Shown here: positions 61,016 to 64,000 of the stretch, piece after piece | Layout: each line of letters starts with the position of its first letter | Numbering within the stretch: position 1 is the first letter of the stretch | Assembly (NCBI GenBank): GCA_965649765.1 | Contig: OZ287753.1 | Location: forward strand, 57,412,001 to 57,476,000 | From: Bispira polyomma | Lineage: Eukaryota | Direction: 5' to 3' | Length of the DNA stretch: 64,000 nt | The notes under the pieces: generated by a model | Databases searched by the model: none | What the model was told of the DNA's origin: nothing | Seen by the model: the letters and a program-made list of their open reading frames with translations, nothing else | Made by a program: the position numbers and the translations under genes

Positions 61016-64000
61016 AGATTATCGGAGTATATTGAGGTTTATATGAACAACTACATAACCCTTTGATGAATTGTTAATAATAAATATATTGTAATAATAA
61101 ATATTTGTTATAGTGTGGACTATCTTTTTCTACTAGAAGAAGGTTTGACATGTGCAAATGTTTCTAACTGTTGAGTTTTTTTATGTGTGATTTGTGCTAA
61201 AAGTATAGCAACAGTAACATTGTAGATTCAGAAGTGACATATGTTAATATGCGAGTGACGGTAATTAAGTGATTAAGAGAATGTGAATACACTGCATATC
61301 ATTTTCTTTGTACCATATTATGTACACAGCATTTGTTTTGTTTGTAATTTTCAAGAGAAATATATCTATAAAATATTTTTAATTTATTTCAATCATGAAA
61401 GATAACATTGTGTTTTTAATAAATTGTGCAAATTAAAACGACAACATCCACTACTATAATGGTGGCATTAACCTTTCTGTATTTTAGACAGGTATGTTTC
61501 TTAACAGAGTGAACTAATGTTTGAATACCAACAGAATTGGTTGCAATTTGAGTCGTTGCTTGTGCTATATGCTTTGAATTAAATCAGTAGCTGTTAGAAC
61601 TCACAAGGACAAGATGCATGGGGGCTCACAGTCTATGGCTGTTACTCTTGATTCAGGGTTGGCAAGTGTTGCCTGTCCCAACATTCACACAAGGCTATGC
61701 AAGGTTTTAGGACTCAGCGGTCTTGGCATCAAGAGTGGATTTCTGAAGTTGCTGTTGCTCCATAGACAATCCAGCAATGCCTTCCACAATTACCCCTAAC
61801 TGCGGATTGAAACTACTCCCCCTAGCCCCAGTCTCAGCCATTATAAATTGTTTTAGATATAACATACTTGGCTTCAGCTCCCGTAACTGCTCAATCAACA
61901 GGAAGGATGGCCAAACCACCTTAACAATGTTTCAAAGAAAGGATCGACCATGGTATTTGAGGATAAAAAGATCAACAAACCTACCGTCGATAAAAAAACG
62001 AAACCTGCAGAGTTCCCATAAGGCACTACATCACAGACAATTTCATCTGTGTTGGCACCCAAGTCAGGACTATCCGTCAGCTAAATCAGATCGAAGTCTT
62101 GCTTCAAATCACTTACATAAACGATATGTGAAACCGCTATCATGAAGCACTCACTCACACTTAATCAAACCTAATGGTTCCTGTCATAAGTCGCAGCTCA
62201 CCAAACAGCTGGCAAACTAGATCCTCATAAAATGAGAATCTAAACGAAGGTAATGTATATTTCCTCACAATAAAATAATATAATACTCGCAATAAAAATA
62301 ACAACTTTCAAGCAATATCACTTTCACATGCCATTCAATCACACAAATATTAAGCCATGCTCAACCACACAATATCAATATTGTAAGATAAAAAAACAAT
62401 AAAAATATGTATAACAAAAGTCCAACACTCAAATGTACTGTACCTACTCACAACTCCTGTGTCCTCCAATATATATTAGGCAGGATACACACAATACTGT
62501 CTCAATCTACTCAATACTTTTTAGCATCTACAGAAATATAAGTTTCATAATATTATCTTGCAATTATACAAAAGATATTGACCAGCAGTTAAACATAAAT
62601 AATAAAACAATTCAGTTTAAGTGTAACTATCACTATACTTCTATCACAATTGCACCTGCCAAATTACCAATAAAAAAATCACTAGAAAATATTCTGACTA
62701 AGCCACTTTATCTTCACCACTGGTGAGGCCAAACCAGTTAATTCAATGCGGTATATAAATAAATGCCACTATGAAAACAGCTTCTTTACATAACTAATAT
62801 TATCAAGTAATGCACCACACCACAATATAATCAAAATATTTCCAAATATGCAATCATCGTTTGCAATCATCATTTCCCACTTAGCTAAGTAAGCTACTTA
62901 TCTATCTGTGCAGGTGATCTTTTGGTCGACGCACAGGATCGGATTAGGGGCTCCAATGTTGCCGGACCCAACGTTTTCACAAGTTTTCTGGACTTGACAA
63001 GATCATGCAGTGACAACCAATCAGGTAAAGAGCAGCTTGCATAAAACTCTCCAGGTAGTTCAGCAGATGCACTATGCAGCAACACGGCTACAGGCGCTCA
63101 CTCAGAACATCACCAAAACAAAACACCAATAATAATTTGACCTCATTAAGAATATGCACAAGCTATTCAAATAAATACTGAATTAATAATTTACATAATT
63201 ACTTCTAACAACCATAGCACCACCTGCACTACTAAAATTAACCGAACAACCCAATTACATTTCAATGTCACCGTAATTGCCTTTTAACAATATTAAACAT
63301 AAAATATGTATTATCATTATCATTGCAGTACTATCCGTAAAACTTTACTATTATTAAGAACTACATCAAAACTATATACAAGACAACTACAAACTAACCA
63401 ACAATCCTGTTCTTTTGAAAATTACTAGACTATCACAATTAAGCTAATATAGCACCATAGAATTATAGACTAACTATATGCACCAAATACCAAAATATAG
63501 ATTATACTACTCTATCACAGATCATGTATAATATAGTGTGCATTAACAAATCATTTTTGACTACATTAATAACCTCAATACTAAAAGTACTGATGCAACT
63601 AAAAATCCAGAATTAACTGAACACAGTCATTATAGAACACATATCAAAATCAATCAAACCATTCCATGCAAACTCACCTGCAACCAAGACATCAATTAGT
63701 TAAGATTCACGTTCATGTAAAGAGGATATTGAAATGCGCCAATTCCCCGCGAAACTAACCGTTTAAATAAAAATAACAATAAACATAGCCACCGATATAA
63801 AATCGTCGGCGCTAGCACAGGCACACAAGTTTTTACCACCTGTAAAAATTGTGGGGAAAAAATCAAAAAGTCTAAATTTGGGGTAGAAACAAATGGACAA
63901 AAATTGACAAAATAAAGGTAGCACTGTAAAAAGAGAGAAGAATCGGATAAAGGGTACAAACTAAAACTTGGAGGTGATGGCCTCTGTCACGGAGAAATTG

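Overview
AT-rich eukaryotic genomic DNA with spliceosomal introns and dense transposon debris; the repeat families and TRIM type suggest an invertebrate, probably a lophotrochozoan (inference). The main host content is a tandem cluster of three + strand, four-coding-exon TRIM/RBCC E3-ligase-like paralogs (RING C3HC4, B-box1, B-box2, coiled coil) at about 2.3-8.6 kb, 43.1-51.2 kb and 55.6-59.9 kb. None has a recognisable NHL, PRY-SPRY or filamin tail. They end instead in a CxxC-x8-CxxC zinc-ribbon-like module: about 8 tandem 60-nt units in copy 1, one unit in copy 2, and one unit cut off by a stop in copy 3, which is also frameshifted in exon 2. Other notable items: a 2.5-kb CACAGT-terminated element with 5-bp TSD and asymmetric TIRs (Transib/RAG-like) in copy 1 intron 2; an apparently spliced 164-aa orphan ORF on the - strand; a chain of ATGA-overlapping uORFs built from the copy 3 start; an L2 LINE with a 2A-like motif. 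Also present are PIF/Harbinger elements, decayed Merlin and DIRS/Ngaro genes, an L1/Tx1 fragment, tRNA-derived SINEs, Helentron-associated (HINE-like) elements and several minisatellites. All calls come from reading the sequence by eye; no searches were run.
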